From: an uncultured delta proteobacterium
GTDB lineage: Bacteria; Desulfobacterota; Binatia; UBA9968
Length of the DNA: 64,000 nt
Assembly: GCA_963804165.1 (NCBI GenBank)
Contig: CAWDPO010000037.1
Coordinates: forward strand, 1 to 64,000
Direction: 5' to 3'
Positions 9,731-19,610 of this stretch are shown piece by piece; the first letter of the stretch is position 1, and every line of letters begins with the position of its first letter. The position numbers and the translations under genes were made by a program. The notes under the pieces were generated by a model that worked only from the letters and a program-made list of their open reading frames with translations, was not told the origin of the DNA and ran no database searches.

Positions 9731-11456
9731 GGGCTATTCGGCATTCGAAACTTCAATCTCCCACTCCTCACCTGGTCATTCGCTAGTTGTCCGCCAGCTT
9801 GCGCAGCCGCTCCGCGTACTTCTCCGCCTCTGCGCTCTGGCCGCGCGCGCTATGAAAGCTCACCAAAGCCTCAAGAATTTCACGATTGTTCGGATGGGCA
9901 ACAAGCGCGGCTTTGAGTTTTGTGATCGCCGCTTCTGATTTCCCCGTCGAGTGCAGCGCGACGGCATAGACATAAGCAAAGCGCCCATTGCCGGGTTCGA
10001 GCACTGTCGCGCGCTCGAGTTCGCCGAGCGCGGCATCGGTGCGCTTCAGCCGCACCAAGGCCAGACCGAGCGCGTGATGCAGCATCGGGTTTTTGGGCGT
10101 TACATTGAGTCCGTCGCGCAGAATGTGCTCGCTTTCCGCGTCGCGGCCCCGCGCACGGTAGAGATCCGCGAGATTCACGTATGCCGGAATAAGGCGGGGA
10201 TCGAGACCGATCGCTGCTTTCATTTCTTCTTCCGCCTTCGCCGCATCGCCTCGATTCGCATAGAAGGTACCAAGATTGACGCGCCCTTCCGCCCGATCCG
10301 CATTATATCGTTGGCTCGCGACGTACTCGGCGCCGGCGCGCTCAAACGCCGCGCGCTGCGCCGCATCTTGATCCGGCGGCACGGGCGCGAGGACCCTCAC
10401 CGCCTCGATGCGCACCGCTTTCAACGGATCGGAGAGGAGGGGTGCGGCTAATGACACGCGCACGTTCAACGGCGCTTGGGCGAGTGACTGCAGAGCGGCG
10501 AGGCGGAGCAGGGGATTGGGATCGCGCAAGCCCTCGGCAAATGTTTCGAGCGCGCGTTGGCTGTCTGCAGCATTGAGTTGAGCTAACGCTGTGGCGCGGA
10601 CGATTGCAGGATGGCTGGCATCGGCGGCGATCGCGCGCAGTTGTGCCGGCGCATCGAGCGCGCCGGCATTGGCAGCGGAAAACACGGCGGCAAAGTGTTG
10701 ATAGCCCTGTAGGTCATGGCCATACCATTTCTTCACTTGCGCTGCCGCCCAGCGCGAGTCGCGATTGGTGTGACAGCCGTTGCAGGCATTCGGCGTACCC
10801 AATTGCAGCGACAGATCCGGCCGCGGCACGCGCAGACTGTGGTCATGGCGCGGATCGACGACCATATAAGTCGTCGTCGGCATGTGACACGCCACGCAGG
10901 CGGCGCCGGCGCTGCCGCTCTTGTGACGATGGTGCGCTGGCGCATCGTATTTATCGGCCGAGTGACAGGACGCGCAGACGGTATTGCCTTCGCCACGCAG
11001 CTTGCCGCTGTGGGGATTGTGGCAGTCGCTGCACGTGACGCCGTTCGCGTACATCTTGCTCTGCAAGAACGAACCCCAGATATAGACCTCGTCACGCTGC
11101 TGGCCGTCGGCGTGATAGAGCGGGCTGGTGAGCAGCGCCGGGCGATAGTAATCGAGGAAGGATTTACCCGGCATGTAGCCTTCGGCGATCTGGCTGCGCC
11201 GCGCATGACATTGCGCGCACACTTCGATCTCCCGCTCGCTGGCGCGCACCTGGGACCGCGCCGCGTTGCCGGTCGCCGGGTTGTGATTCCACGTGATGCC
11301 GCGGCGTTCGTCGAGGCTTACGGTCAGCCCCTTGGATGATTCTTCCCCCTTTGAAAAAGGGAAGGTGTGAAAAAATTGCTGCAAAAAATTGGTGACATAG
11401 CTATATGACTAGTGATATGCTCGCCTCCGTCGGCTTCAATGAGGGAGGCGCTTTGC

Positions 11457-11666
11457 ATGGCTTATTTAACCAAACTCCAGGTGATCGAGCGAGCCAATGG
11501 CCAGCAACAGTTTTACCTGATTTGCCCCGCTCCTCTGGCCCAAGCTCTGGAAATGCAGAAAGGCGAGACCATCGAGTGGGTGGTCGAGGACAAATGGACT
11601 CTGAGGATAACCCGCACTGAGGCTCGCTCGGCCCAGGCGTCGCGGAGGTCCCATGCCCGACGATAG
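11457..11666 (+). CDS. Small AbrB/MazE/SpoVT-like DNA-binding protein inside the IS
   Basis: GGAGG at 11444-11448; MAYLTKLQVI..FYLICPAPLAQALEMQKGETIEWVV fits the AbrB pattern. Overlaps the transposase start. Confidence 0.6.
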   Translation: MAYLTKLQVIERANGQQQFYLICPAPLAQALEMQKGETIEWVVEDKWTLRITRTEARSAQASRRSHARR

Positions 11667-13182
11667 ATCCTTGGACAGTTCCAGCACGCCTGAGCAGCCT
11701 GCGGTGCGGTGCAAACCGGTTGAACGAAACCAACTTTTGCTTCGAGCGGTGGATGTGGAGAAGCTTGTGGACGATCAGCATGAGGTGCGCGCGATCTGGG
11801 AGCTGGTCGGGCAGTTGGACTTGAGAGCTTTTTATGCCGAGATTGGCGCGCTCGAAGGGGAAGCGGGTCGGCCAGTCTGGGACCCTAAGGTCCTGATCAG
11901 TTTGTGGCTCTATGCGTATAAGGATGGAGTTAGCTCGGCCCGAGAGATTGCGCGGCTGTGTGAGTATCATCCGGCCTATCAGTGGGTGACGGGGATGGAG
12001 GTGGTCAATTATCACACGCTGGCGGATTTTCGCATCGAGCACAAAGCGGCGCTTGATCAATTGTTGATTGAGGTGCTCGGGGTGCTCACGCACCAGGGAC
12101 TGATCACGCTTGAGCGCGTGATGCACGATGGGACCAAGATCAAAGCCGCGGCATCGGATAGGAGTTTTCATCGCCAAGGGACCCTGAAGGATCACCTGAA
12201 GGAGGCGGAGGAGCAACTTCAGGCGATGGGAGATCCCGACTCGGAAAAACTTAGTCAACGCACGGCTCAAGCCCAACAGCGAGCGCTGCGCGAGAAGCAA
12301 CAGCGGCTTAAAGAGGCGCTCAAGGAGTTGGAGCAGCTTGAGCACAATCGCTCCAAGGAAAAAACCGAAGAAAAGAAAAAACAACCTCGGGCCAGTAGCA
12401 CCGATCCGCAGGCACGCGTGATGTTGGGGGCCAAAGGCGCGTATGCACCGAGCTATAACGTGCAGATTTCCACCGACGCCAACGCCAAGATCATTGTGGG
12501 AGTCGACGTGAACCAGTCTTGCAGTGACGCGGGGCAATTGGAACCAGCGGTAGAACGAATCGAGGCCAACCTGGGGCAAAAGCCCGAGCAGATGGTGGTG
12601 GATGGCGCCTACCCAACGCAGCAGGCCATTGAGGCGATGGCCGACAAAGGCATTGATTTGATCGGACCTCTGCCGCAGAGAAAAAAGCCCTCGTGGGACG
12701 TGTTGAAGCGGAACGGAGTCAGTGGGGAGTTTTATCCGCAGGCCTTCTGTTATGATCCGAGTACTGACTCCTATCGGTGTCCGGCAGGTAAACGGCTCAG
12801 CTTTGAAACCGAGGAACGGCAAGGCGGCTGGGGCAAGCGGCGCTACCGGGCGCGGGTTTCGGATTGTCGAAGCTGTCCGTTTCAGAACCAATGTTGTCCC
12901 GGGACTAAAAAGGGGCGGTCGTTGCTGCGCAGGGAAAAGACCGCTCAACTGGTGGCGTTTGAAGCCAAGATGCAGACTGAACAAGCCCAACAGATCTACA
13001 AGCAGCGAGCCGGGGTGGCAGAGTTTCCCAACGCCTGGATCAAAGAGAAAATCGGGCTTCGGCAGTTTCGGTTGCGCGGTCTTCTCAAGGTCACAGCCGA
13101 GGCCCTGTGGGCTTGCCTGACGTACAACATTTGCCAGTGGATTCGTCTTTGTTGGAGACCCCAAAGGTTGACTCATGCTTAG
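11653..13182 (+). CDS. IS1182-family transposase
   Basis: 509 aa, intact; GRPVWDP..LWLYAY..SSAREI, DGTKIKA, YNVQ, DGAY, Y.CPAG..C..CP...C, YKQR...E...IK. Confidence 0.93.
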   Translation: MPDDRSLDSSSTPEQPAVRCKPVERNQLLLRAVDVEKLVDDQHEVRAIWELVGQLDLRAFYAEIGALEGEAGRPVWDPKVLISLWLYAYKDGVSSAREIARLCEYHPAYQWVTGMEVVNYHTLADFRIEHKAALDQLLIEVLGVLTHQGLITLERVMHDGTKIKAAASDRSFHRQGTLKDHLKEAEEQLQAMGDPDSEKLSQRTAQAQQRALREKQQRLKEALKELEQLEHNRSKEKTEEKKKQPRASSTDPQARVMLGAKGAYAPSYNVQISTDANAKIIVGVDVNQSCSDAGQLEPAVERIEANLGQKPEQMVVDGAYPTQQAIEAMADKGIDLIGPLPQRKKPSWDVLKRNGVSGEFYPQAFCYDPSTDSYRCPAGKRLSFETEERQGGWGKRRYRARVSDCRSCPFQNQCCPGTKKGRSLLRREKTAQLVAFEAKMQTEQAQQIYKQRAGVAEFPNAWIKEKIGLRQFRLRGLLKVTAEALWACLTYNICQWIRLCWRPQRLTHA

Positions 13183-13351
13183 CCAAGAATCAAAAAAACA
13201 ACCCCTGAGGCGGCCATCGTACCTCAAACAAAGAGCCTGTGAGGATCGCAGTGATGATTTAGAACTGTTCATGACAGACACAGTTACTTAGTTCGTAGGA
13301 AAATACTTTGGCAATCCAACTCCCACTACTCCTGAATTTTTTCACACCTTC

Positions 13352-13422
13352 AGGGGGACTGAGGGGGATTTCCGGACGGGATTCAAATCCCCCCTTACCC
13401 CCCTTTTGGAAAGGGGGGATTT
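13352..13422. repeat. CCCCC-TTT-AAA-GGGGG palindrome doublet, in-frame in the cytochrome gene (remainder at 11343..11360)
   Basis: Same family as 59210..59301; after IS removal it translates as QIPPFQKGGKGGFESRPEIPLSPPFSKGE. Confidence 0.85.
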
Positions 13423-14244
13423 GCAAGCCCGCCCAATCAAGATGCCGCGACCCCGGGCCGTGGCAAGCCTCGCAACCAACGCTGATCTCGCTCCATTCAG
13501 TCTTGAAGCGGTCAGCAGCTGAATCGTAATTTTTTCGCAGCTCCGTCGAATGGCAGTCGGCGCACATAAAGTTCCAGTTTTGCGTCGGGCGCGTCCAATG
13601 CAACTCGTCGTCGTGGGTGATCCGCTCCTTGGGATAGAGGTGGAACCAGCGTTGGCCGCCTTGGCTTTTTGAGCGCGCGTCCCAGGCGATCGAGAGCGCC
13701 TGAATACGCCCGTCCGAAAACTCGATCAAATATTGTTGCAGCGGCTTACGCCGAAGGTGTATTTGATCTCGTAGTCATGGAGTTTGCCGTCCGGTCCGTC
13801 CGTGTTGACGAAAAACTTCCCGTCGCGCTTGAAAAAGGTCGACGTGATATTCGCGTAAGTGAACTTGGAGTTGTCGAAGTTGCCTAGAACGCTCTTGTCG
13901 CTCGCTTCCTGCATCGCGAGATCGTGGTGCGACCCGCGCCACGCGTTGTACGCCGCTTCATGGCAGTCTTTGCAGGTCGCCGCGCCAACGTACGTTGCGG
14001 CCTTGACTGTCCCCGCCGGGCGCGCTGTCGTGTCTGAAGTTTTGGGCTGACGATGAAAAGCTAAATAAATAATGATTCCAGCGGAGATCACACTTGCGAC
14101 GCCAAGCAAGATGATCCGTATTTTCGAACCGCTCGATTTACCCGACGTACTCTCTTGTGCTGCCACCGTTTTGTTGTTGTCGGAAGATTTTGCCGCGCGG
14201 CGATGCTTCCTTGGTCTGCGAGCCATAATAACGTCCGGTGTTTC

Positions 14245-15254
14245 TCATTTCTCGAACAGAAAGACCCGCTTCCAATCCCTCTTCATGTCCACGACTGTCC
14301 ATCCTTTCGCCCTGTGCCTCGTCGAGCGCCTTGTCGAGGCGGCCGATGGATGAGGTGCGGTCGTATGCCCACTCGCGTTCGGCATCGGTGTGGTGCACGA
14401 GAAGCCAGAAGCGCGCGCCGCTGCCAGCCGCCGGTCCATGAGCAGCATCTGCAGGTCGCCGTCGGAGTTGCCGAAGGCGAGAATCGGCCGGCGGCCGATG
14501 TGCTGTTGGATGCCGACGGGCTTGCCGGCTTTGTCGTCGATGAAGTTCGATCTCCGGCAGTTTCACGAGCACGGGCTTGCCGTCGCGCAGCTCGAACTTC
14601 AGCTTGCCGCTGCTGCCGATGACTTGCTCGGGCGGGATGCCGTAGACCTTCTCGGTCCACGGCGCGCATGAACTCGATGCCGCCGCCGGAGACGATGAAC
14701 GTCTTGAAGCCATTGCGCGCGCAGGTAGGCGAGCAGATTCGAGCATCGGCTGATAGACCATCTCGGTGTAAGGCCGCCTGGTCTTCGGGATGCTTCGCCG
14801 TGGCGATCCAGTCGCGTCACGGTCTTCTCGAACTCCTCGGTCGTCATGCCCGCATGCGTGGCCATGACGATCTGGAAGATGGCGGGTTCGCCGCCCGCGA
14901 GCGCGCCTTTGAGGTCGCCTTTGAGCAGCGAGGCGAACGGCTCCTTGTCCTTCCACTCCGGGATGCTGCGGGGCGAGCGCCTTCACGCGGTCGAGGGCGA
15001 AGGCGAGCTGGAAATACATCGGCTGCTCGGCCCAGAGCGTGCCGTCGTTGTCGAAGGTGGCGATGCGCTCGGCGGGCTGGGACGAAGTCCTTGCCGCCTT
15101 TCGTGGCGACGCGCTTGACGAAGCTCCATGATGGATTGTTTGGCCTTGCCGTCGTTCCAGGACGGAAGCGGGCCGTTTGGGCATTCGCTTGGGTGATCAC
15201 CAGCGAAAATAAGCACGCGCGCATCATCATTGTGCTTATTATTGTGCACCTCAT
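14245..15254 (-). CDS. Secreted HAD-family hydrolase (multiple frameshifts)
   Basis: ERIATFDNDGTLWAEQPMYFQ, VYQPMLE, YGIPPEQVIGS, VHHTDAEREWAYDR and GWTVVDMKRDW spread over several frames. Confidence 0.82.
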
Positions 15255-15404
15255 AGATTCTCCTTCTCCGCACATCTCGCTCCCGAGATCAGTGTGTACG
15301 GTGGCGGCATCGGCGCACCGGCCGCCGAGTCGGGAGCGGTTCGCATATGCCGAGCCGCTGCCCGTCTTGGCGTGGGTGAAACCCCGCGGATGCCTCGTGC
15401 GGCG

Positions 15405-17001
15405 TCAGTTCCCCGGCCGGCCGAGCGATTCGATCTCTTTGAGCCGCTTCAGCGCGTCCGCGGCCCTGAGCGTCTGGTAGTTGATCCCCGCCGCGTTCAA
15501 GCTACCGCCTTGCTGGAACGGATACTCCGGGATCGTGACGAGGAAGTTCTTCACCTGGGCCTGCACGGGCACGAAGAGCCAGATGTTGTCCGCATACCAG
15601 CGAATATACGAGCCGGAATCGAACGGCATCTTCTCATAGGGGTCGGCGCGGAGGTTCACGATGAGCGGCCAGCCGGTGACATTGCGGACACCGGTCGCGA
15701 TGTTCCCAGCTATCCCGGCGAAGTTGACCTTCCAGTCGTTCCAGCGCACGGCGTTCAGCTCGCCGCCCTGGCCGAAGTACAGGATCTGCTCGCGCGGTCC
15801 TTTCGTGGCTTCCCCCTTGAAGTACGGCAGGAAGTTGTAGCCGTCGGCGTGGATCTTGAAAGTCTTGCCGTTGGCTTTGTGGCCCTTCTTGAGTTTCTCG
15901 ACGATGTTCGGCTCGCCGGCGGCGGCGAGCAGCGTCGGCATCCAGTCTTCCTGCGAGATGATGTCGTTGTAGATGGTGCCAGGCTTGATGACGCCGGGCC
16001 AGCGAACCATGAGCGGCACGCGCATGCCGCCCTCCCAGGTCGTGCCTTTTTCACCGTGGAACGGCGTGATGCCGCCGTCCGGCCAGGTGGCGGTTTCGGC
16101 GCCGTTGTCGGTGGACCACACGACAATGGTGTTGTCGGCGATGCCGAGGTCGTCGAGTTGCTTGAGCACCGCGCCGGTGATGTCATCGAGCTCGGTCATC
16201 CCGTCGGGATAGATGCCGATGCCGGTCTTGCCGTACGTTTCCTTCTTCAGGTGCGTCCAGACGTGCATGCGCGTGGTGTTGAGCCACACGAAGAAGGGCT
16301 TCTTGTCCTTGACCGCCTGGTCGATGAAGCGGGTCGCATGGCCATGGATTTCCTGGTCGATGGTCGGCATCCGGGCACGTGGTCAGTGGGCCGGTGTCCT
16401 GGATGGTTTGCCCGCCCTTGCCATCCGATTTGGTGTGCAGCACGCCGCGCGGGCCGTAATTCTTTTTGAACTCAGGATCCTTCGGATAGTAGTAGGTCTC
16501 CGGCTCTTCCTCGGCATTGAGGTGGTAGAGATTGCCGAAGAACTCGTCGAAGCCGTGCACGGTCGGCAGATGCTTGTCGCGGTCCCCGAGGTGGTTTTTG
16601 CCGAACTGGCCGGTGACGTAGCCCTGCTCCTTCAGCAGGTCCGCGATGGTCGGCGTCCAGTCGGGGATGCCGTGATCGCTGCCGGGCATGCCGATGGTCA
16701 GCAGGCCAGTGCGAAACGGATGCTGCCCGAGAATGAACGACGCGCGCCCCGCCGTGCAGCTTTGCTGCGCATAAGCATCGGTGAACAGCGCGCCTTCCTT
16801 TGCGATGCGGTCAATGTTAGGCGTGCGATAGCCCATGATGCCATGGTTATAGGCGCTGATGTTGTGCACGCCAACATCGTCGCCCCAGAGGACGAGGATG
16901 TTGGGTTTCTTCTGCTGCGCGAAAGCCGGCGTAGATAGCGCTGCAAGTAGAAAAAGACTGCCCAACAGCGCCAAAATTCCGCGTGCTCTTGTCATAGTCA
17001 T
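15405..17001 (-). CDS. Arylsulfatase (Cys-type), one frameshift near 16375
   Basis: Signal peptide; [47 protein letters not shown]. Confidence 0.9.
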
Positions 17002-17056
17002 GTTTCCTCCCCTTTTGACGATTGAGTTTTTTCTAGCGAAAAGTGGCCACGCCGTA

Positions 17057-17076
17057 TATTGGACCTTGGTCCAATA
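17057..17076 (-). promoter_or_regulatory. Palindromic operator copy 2, upstream of the arylsulfatase unit
   Basis: TATTGGACCTTGGTCCAATA, extending to 13-bp arms at 17052..17081; TAGAAA at 17030-17035, 21 bp away. Confidence 0.85.
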
Positions 17077-17147
17077 TACGGGGAGACTGGGATGGAGCGC
17101 GAAGAAGCTAAGCCGCGGATTAGTGATGAGCGCGTACTGGCGCTCGC

Positions 17148-17370
17148 CTATCGCGCCCAGAGGGACTCCTTGGGCGAGGTCGTACCTGACCACGGCGCGG
17201 ATTTTGTTCTCAATTTGCAGATAGCGCGTAACTGCTTTTCAGATTGGCCTCGGCCTGTTCGATCGCTCAGCGACTCATCGCTGAGCTTTTTCGCCTTCTC
17301 GTCGGTCAGCGATTTGCTGTGAAAGTCGGCGGCGTAGCGGTCGAGCAAGCTCGCGATGCGGCGATTAGTT
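17148..17370 (-). pseudogene. Remnant of a helical hypothetical protein
   Basis: Fragments IASLLDRYAADFHSKSLTDEKAKKLSDE and [20 protein letters not shown] lie in different frames; no intact N-terminus. Confidence 0.5.
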
Positions 17371-17393
17371 TTTGGCAGATCCTGCGACCGCAT

Positions 17394-17413
17394 ATTTGGA
17401 CTTTGGTCCAAAA
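17394..17413 (-). promoter_or_regulatory. Degenerate operator copy
   Basis: ATTTGGACTTTGGTCCAAAA; no TAG box at the matching spacing. Confidence 0.6.
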
Positions 17414-17512
17414 TGAAGTTCCATATTCTAGCTTGTGGAATGATCCCAGTAAGACGAACGCCGCGCATGATTGGCTCCGTTGGCGCGCAGCGTCAACCTG
17501 ATCTGATCCCGC

Positions 17513-18583
17513 CTATTCTCCGGTCGGCGCTTGAGACTCGGTCGCGTGCTCCGTTTTAGGCTCCGCATCGATCCATGCGTTGAGCAGCGTGTCGGCCACC
17601 GCAAGCACCACCGGACCGACGAAGATGCCGATCAGACCGAAAGCGAGCAGCCCGCCGATCACGCCCGCGAAAATAAGTAGCAACGGCAAGTCGGCGCCCT
17701 GGCGGATCAGGATCGGGCGCAGAAAATTATCCATGGTACCCGCGATCACTGTCCAGACGAGCAAAAATGTTCCCCAAGCCGTGTCGCCGGTCCAGTAGAG
17801 CCAAGCCGTCGCAGCTCCGAGCACCGGGACAACGCCGATCTGCGCAATCGCCAGAAGCAGCATCGCGGCGGTAAGCACGCCGGCAAAAGGCACTCCCGCG
17901 ATCATCACACCGAGTCCGCTGAAGACCGTTTGCGCCACGGCGGTCACGACGACGCCGAGGGCAACGCCGCGAATCGTTTGGCCGGCGAGATAGACCGCAT
18001 TCTCACCGCCCGAGCCCGCCAGACGGTGGCCGAAGCGCACGAGGCGCGCGCTCGCCAGCTCGCCGTTGGCGTACATGGCAGCGGCGAGAATCACGGTTAG
18101 CAAAAATTCCACTAACAATACGCCGACGCCGCCCAACTGCGCCACAAACCATTCAATAAATCCACCGGCGTAGGGCGCCGCTCTCATGGCAGCTTCCTGG
18201 ATGCCCACTGCGGCGACGCGTTCCCACAACTCAACCGCTTTCGGACCGACCAGTGGCAGATCGGCTATCCACTGCGGCACAGAAGGTACCTTGAACGCTG
18301 CTAGTGATTTTACCCATACGACAATCTCATCGACGTTCGAGACGATCGTGCCGATGGCGAACGTCAGGGGCACGACCAACACGCACAAGAGCAAAAGTGT
18401 CATCAACGTCACGGCCAGTGCGCGCTTGCCCCAGAGCCACGCCTGCGCGGCGATCATGAGTGGCCATGTGGCCACGACGATCGTCGTCGCCCACACGATC
18501 GCGCCGAGGAACGGCCGCAAGATCCAGATGGAAGATCCGATCAGAGCGACGATAAAGAGGACCGCCAGCACGCCGCGTGTCAT
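17513..18583 (-). CDS. ydiK: AI-2E family transporter, YdiK-like
   Basis: 356 aa polytopic; LRPFLGAIVWATTIVVATWP, IRGVALGVVVTA, MDNFLRPILIRQGADLP, GVIGGLLAFGLIGIFVGPV. Confidence 0.88.
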   Translation of the reverse strand: MTRGVLAVLFIVALIGSSIWILRPFLGAIVWATTIVVATWPLMIAAQAWLWGKRALAVTLMTLLLLCVLVVPLTFAIGTIVSNVDEIVVWVKSLAAFKVPSVPQWIADLPLVGPKAVELWERVAAVGIQEAAMRAAPYAGGFIEWFVAQLGGVGVLLVEFLLTVILAAAMYANGELASARLVRFGHRLAGSGGENAVYLAGQTIRGVALGVVVTAVAQTVFSGLGVMIAGVPFAGVLTAAMLLLAIAQIGVVPVLGAATAWLYWTGDTAWGTFLLVWTVIAGTMDNFLRPILIRQGADLPLLLIFAGVIGGLLAFGLIGIFVGPVVLAVADTLLNAWIDAEPKTEHATESQAPTGE

Positions 18584-18618
18584 ATCCCTCTGTCATAGCG
18601 AGAGTCTCCGAACGTCCA

Positions 18619-19407
18619 TTAAACGGGTTTTGCTTGGTTTAGCGGATAGCCCTCGTTTAAAGCGCGGGAAGCTTCCGGCGCGGACACGGCTTTGCTCCAA
18701 AACCAACCTTGACCGCAATCGACACCGGCAGCGCGAAGAAAAAAAGCTTCTTCCCAGGTTTCCACTCCTTCAGCCACCGTGCGCAGGCGGAGCGCAGCCG
18801 CCAGGGCGACGATGCCGCGCAGCATTCTCGCCGCAGTTTGATCCGTGAGAATCGTGTCGATCAACGAATGGTCGATCTTGAGGATATCAAAACTAAGCCC
18901 GACGATTTGCATCAAGCCGCTGTGACCGGTGCCGAAATCATCGATCGCGACCTTCATTCCCGCTTGCCGTGCCCGCTGCAGCGCCGCACGGCCGACGGAG
19001 GTCAACGCTTGCCGTTCCGTCACCTCGCAGGCGATCCTGCTGAGATAAGGTGTGAGCTTCAAGTCCTCGACGATCGCCAATACTTCGCCGCTGCCCAGTA
19101 TGACCGGGGGAATATTCACGCTGACGTAGAAGTGTTGGTGGCGCTCGAACAGGGGCACCATGTCGCGTTGGATGGATACCAAAATAGTCCGGATCAACGC
19201 TTTGAGAGCGTCCGGCTGCCCCTCGATCTCGTCGATGACCGCACCGGCAGTGGCTATCGAGCCATCGGCTTGAACGACGCGCGCAAGCGCCTCAAAACCC
19301 GCGACGGCACCGGTGTTCAGGTCAACGATCGGCTGATAATGAGCAGTAAACTGCTTGGCGATTTCATCAGGCGTTGGGGCAGCCACGAGAACTCCTGTGG
19401 ATTTCAA
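18619..19407 (-). CDS. Stand-alone EAL-domain c-di-GMP phosphodiesterase
   Basis: YQPIVD, FEALAR, SVNI, EVTE, IDDFGTGHS, LKID, AEGVET, GQG. Start uncertain. Confidence 0.88.
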   Translation of the reverse strand: MKSTGVLVAAPTPDEIAKQFTAHYQPIVDLNTGAVAGFEALARVVQADGSIATAGAVIDEIEGQPDALKALIRTILVSIQRDMVPLFERHQHFYVSVNIPPVILGSGEVLAIVEDLKLTPYLSRIACEVTERQALTSVGRAALQRARQAGMKVAIDDFGTGHSGLMQIVGLSFDILKIDHSLIDTILTDQTAARMLRGIVALAAALRLRTVAEGVETWEEAFFLRAAGVDCGQGWFWSKAVSAPEASRALNEGYPLNQAKPV

Positions 19408-19492
19408 ACTTTCTTAAAGCGAACGCTATGCCTTGAAACTTTTTGAGCGTCCCCGTTTACGTGCTCATCCGGGGCTCTCTTTCTTTGGGTAA

Positions 19493-19608
19493 GAGGGGCG
19501 AGGGTCGGGTGTCGAGGGGGAAGAAATTCCTTCCCTCGTTATCGTGCTCGACCTCCGAAACTCGTGCGTCGCCACTCGCCTCTCGACACTTCCTCGTCCC
19601 TCGACACT
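19493..19608. repeat. Inverted heptamer arrays
   Basis: gaggggcgagggtcgggtgtcgagggg ... ctcgacacttcctcgtccctcgacac. Confidence 0.75.
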
Positions 19609-19610
19609 TT

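Larger units (their letters stand above)
11361..13351 (+). mobile_element. IS1182-family insertion sequence, 1991 bp
   Basis: Perfect 17-bp terminal IR GAAGGTGTGAAAAAATT (11361-11377 and 13335-13351); AGG duplicated at 11358-11360 and 13352-13354. Confidence 0.93.
9783..14226 (-). pseudogene. Membrane-anchored multihaem cytochrome c with HEAT/TPR repeats, split by IS1182
   Basis: Eight CxxCH motifs (CKDCH, CADCH, CEACH | CAQCH, CSDCH, CASCH, CVACH, CNGCH) over ORFs 13726..14226, 13259..13729 and 9783..11384. One frameshift near 13730; IS at 11361..13351. Confidence 0.88.

Noticed and set aside
11401-13281. 626-aa minus-strand ORF
   Set aside because: Antisense shadow of the IS1182 transposase; no motifs.
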